Shown one piece after another: positions 61,652 to 64,000 of a DNA stretch of 64,000 bases. The position numbers and the translations under genes are program-made. Below the pieces are notes generated by a model that was given only the letters and a program-made list of their open reading frames with translations, did no database searches and was not told where the DNA came from. The DNA lies in assembly GCA_049968255.1 (NCBI GenBank), contig JBMFRB010000004.1, forward strand, positions 128,001-192,000, read 5' to 3'. This stretch comes from Candidatus Sumerlaeaceae bacterium (lineage in GTDB: Bacteria; Sumerlaeota; Sumerlaeia; Sumerlaeales; Sumerlaeaceae). Each line of letters starts with the position of its first letter. The stretch's first letter is position 1.

Positions 61652-62451
61652 TCTTCCTCGCGAACAGTTGCCACAGGGGTCGAATGGATTGCGGCCACTG
61701 CATCCAGGTCAAATCCTGCCGTTGGCGGCGCATTCATCGCATTTCCCGGATCATTGACGATATGACCATGGCTATCCATCGTGGGCGCAATATTCGTGGT
61801 GCCAGTGTCAGTAATCTTGACGTATTTCGCGTAGCTCAGTCCCACAGCCGCGAGATCAAAAGAGTCCCCGCCACTGACGTGAGGATCGAAGGGCGAGATT
61901 CCGTTTGTCGGCGAACTAAAAACTGGCGTCACGCCAGCAAGTCCATGATAGCGCCATTTTTCATAGAGCCCCGCTGTAGTTCCAGGATCATCGAACTCGA
62001 AAGGAAATGTGAACCACGTGAGGCTGTCCGTGCTCACCGCAACGGTGGCTGTTTCGCAAAATACAAAATCCGGATAGCCGATGGGTTGAAATGGATTCTC
62101 AAACACGGTGAAATCGGAGCCAGGCCCATCCACGATCACGTGGCTTGTAAATTCGAGAACGATGGAGCCACCCACTCCCAGCGAGAGAAGTTCCGTTTCG
62201 TCTGCGTTGGGCAGCTCTGGGTTGCTATTGCCGTGCGGTGGACCGAGGACATTGTGCGGCAGATACGATTGCCCGAACCCGGCTCCAAATCCTGGTGTAA
62301 ATGATAAAACGCCGTCAGGGAAACACTGGGCAGCAGCTAGGCCACAGTCAAAGTTTAGACCTGACGCAAGGCAAAAAACGATTCCGGAATTTGCGGCGAC
62401 GTTTCGCAAAAAACGCACAACGCCGTTCCCGCACTCAATTCGATGCGTCAT
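61633..62451 (-). CDS. Secreted/cell-surface protein, putative cobalamin-binding
   Basis: Signal-like N terminus; LLSLGVGGSIVLEF...IVDGPGSDFTVFENPF, VAVSTD, GFDLDAVAAIH; directly downstream of a B12 riboswitch. Confidence 0.7.
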   Translation of the reverse strand: MTHRIECGNGVVRFLRNVAANSGIVFCLASGLNFDCGLAAAQCFPDGVLSFTPGFGAGFGQSYLPHNVLGPPHGNSNPELPNADETELLSLGVGGSIVLEFTSHVIVDGPGSDFTVFENPFQPIGYPDFVFCETATVAVSTDSLTWFTFPFEFDDPGTTAGLYEKWRYHGLAGVTPVFSSPTNGISPFDPHVSGGDSFDLAAVGLSYAKYVKITDTGTTNIAPTMDSHGHIVNDPGNAMNAPPTAGFDLDAVAAIHSTPVATVREEDWALYE

Positions 62452-62501
62452 CCTAAGTCCTCCACTTCTCTCTCAGCGAAGAAGTTTTTTTTCGGAGGGG
62501 T

Positions 62502-62673
62502 CCGGCGGCACCGTCTTCTGACTGACAGATCACCCTACTTTCCGCGCCTTCCCAGGGGAGCAATGCCCCAGTGGCCTAGATGCGGATTTCGTCCCTGATC
62601 ACAGCGGCGTGCCCGTGAGGGATTTGCACCCTCTTCCGACAGATGCCCCCGATAGGCATCACTATGCCGTCGG
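62502..62673 (-). ncRNA. Cobalamin (B12) riboswitch
   Basis: Minus strand reads GGAAgagGGTGcAAATCCctcACGGGCACGCCGCTGTGA...GCCACTG...TGGGAAGGC...AGTCAGAAGAC (B12 box); P1 formed by CCGACGGCA/TGCCGCCGG. Confidence 0.9.
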
Positions 62674-62846
62674 CTTCCGACATCGCACAATACCATAGCC
62701 CATGCCCGACAATTCAGAGGAAGAAGAAGCACCCGAAAATGTGCAGAAAAGACTTTCGCTCATTCTTGAGTTGACATGGCTCGTCCGGGTTCTTTGTAAG
62801 AAGAAAGAGAACGTAAAAGTGCAGCCTTCTGAAGGCTGAAGGACGT

Positions 62847-63383
62847 GTGGCGATGCTCCGGATAAAAGTGACGTTAGCGGCGCTCATCGTGGCAGTGGTA
62901 GGCTTGTGCACAGCATCGGCAAGCGATTTTTCGATAAGCGGGCGGCCTCGATGGCTCAAAGTGAAAAGCGAACAAGAGCCAGTCGTTGTGCGCGACTTGG
63001 GCACGCATCGCGAGCTAGGCCAGCTCGCGAAGGGCGATCTGATCCTTGCTTTTGGTTCCACCGAGAAATGGGTGACTTTCTCCTACCGCGGCCGCATCAG
63101 TTACATCCCTGCATCTGCGGCTGAAGATGCCTATCCCGTCGAGAAAGGCGAGCCAGTCTGGCGCGGCTTTGGCCCCACACTCGAAGAGCGAGTAAAACAG
63201 ACGCAAAAGGAATTGCTAGCGCTTGCTGACGATCAAGACCGCCTGCTCGATCCCGACTTGAAGAAACCCACTCCCGCCCAGCAACAGGCCGCGTTGCAGG
63301 GAGGGCAGCCGCTGTCGGGAATGCAGAACGCCGTGCGCGAGGGACTCACTCCTCAGCGTGGTCGTGGACATGGGTACTATTAG
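62847..63383 (+). CDS. Hypothetical secreted protein with an SH3-like N-terminal domain
   Basis: Signal peptide ending ASA; LGQLAKGD...KWVTFSYRGRISYIP resembles bacterial SH3. Confidence 0.6.
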   Translation: MAMLRIKVTLAALIVAVVGLCTASASDFSISGRPRWLKVKSEQEPVVVRDLGTHRELGQLAKGDLILAFGSTEKWVTFSYRGRISYIPASAAEDAYPVEKGEPVWRGFGPTLEERVKQTQKELLALADDQDRLLDPDLKKPTPAQQQAALQGGQPLSGMQNAVREGLTPQRGRGHGYY

Positions 63384-63439
63384 GCCTTTGCTCGCACAAG
63401 CCCGTCTTGCCAACGGACATGACGAAACACGAGGAAAGT

Positions 63440-64000
63440 TCACGAGTCTGTTTCGCGTCCCAAAAGCGCTGCATACTCGGGCGATGCTTGGGCTGCGCGG
63501 CGAATACTAGGTAACTGTAGCCCAAAGGTGAGGGCCGTAACGAGCGTGAGAACACCTGTGAGCATGAGAGCGACATCAGTGCCATAATGTCGGGCTTCTG
63601 CCCCCACAAGGAGACTTCCAAAGGGCATCAGGCCAATCGTCATCATCGTGTAGTAACTCATCACCCGACCGCGAAAATCCTCAGAAACAAGGGCCTGAAC
63701 CAGCACCTGACAACTGATCATTGCATTGACCATGAAGTAGCCGGCCGCAAGAAACCCCAGACACGTGAACAGTGTGTTGCGCTGGAAGCCCAAGAGAAAC
63801 ACGACGACAGAGAAGCCTACGAGCGAGCGAACGATGACTTTTCCAAGGCCGCGCACTCGCTTCCGCCGAGCTTGGCCGATTCCCCCCCATATCGCGCCAA
63901 TACCGACACTGGTCATGAGCCACCCCAGAGTGGTCGCGTTACCTCCAAGCAGATCCTTGGCCACGGCTGGAATAATGACGAGGTAGGGTAGTGCAGCAAA
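63440..64000 (-). CDS. MFS transporter (5'-partial, continues beyond the window)
   Basis: LGWLMTSVGIGA; QALVSEDFRGRVMSYY; multiple TM helices. Confidence 0.85.
   Translation of the reverse strand, partial: FAALPYLVIIPAVAKDLLGGNATTLGWLMTSVGIGAIWGGIGQARRKRVRGLGKVIVRSLVGFSVVVFLLGFQRNTLFTCLGFLAAGYFMVNAMISCQVLVQALVSEDFRGRVMSYYTMMTIGLMPFGSLLVGAEARHYGTDVALMLTGVLTLVTALTFGLQLPSIRRAAQASPEYAALLGRETDS

Overview
Gene-dense, moderately GC-rich bacterial chromosomal window with about 55 CDS, mostly housekeeping: thiE/thiL, mnmE, ribD-udk, galT, RNase HI, uvrA, cimA, hisH, tkt plus a tal-pgi fusion, ispD/ispF, murC, nuoJKLMN and larB/larC. The style of the prepilin protein, the scattered microcompartment genes and a ...DWALYE C-terminal tail suggest Ca. 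Sumerlaeota (BRC1), but this is a tentative inference. I saw no rRNA, tRNA, IS element or CRISPR array. Four things stand out. (1) A cobalamin riboswitch on the minus strand (about 62502-62673) sits ahead of a putative B12-binding secreted protein that is coupled to a prepilin/pseudopilin gene and followed by larB, larC and an FAH-family gene. (2) An orphan Csm6-like CARF-HEPN gene has no CRISPR context and is divergent from a histone deacetylase-family gene. (3) An unannotated Ile-rich leader peptide and terminator precede citramalate synthase. (4) Bacterial microcompartment genes are dispersed: an EutN/CcmL vertex gene, and an aldehyde dehydrogenase with an encapsulation peptide that is divergent from tkt and tal-pgi. 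All calls come from motif recognition by eye; no database searches were run.
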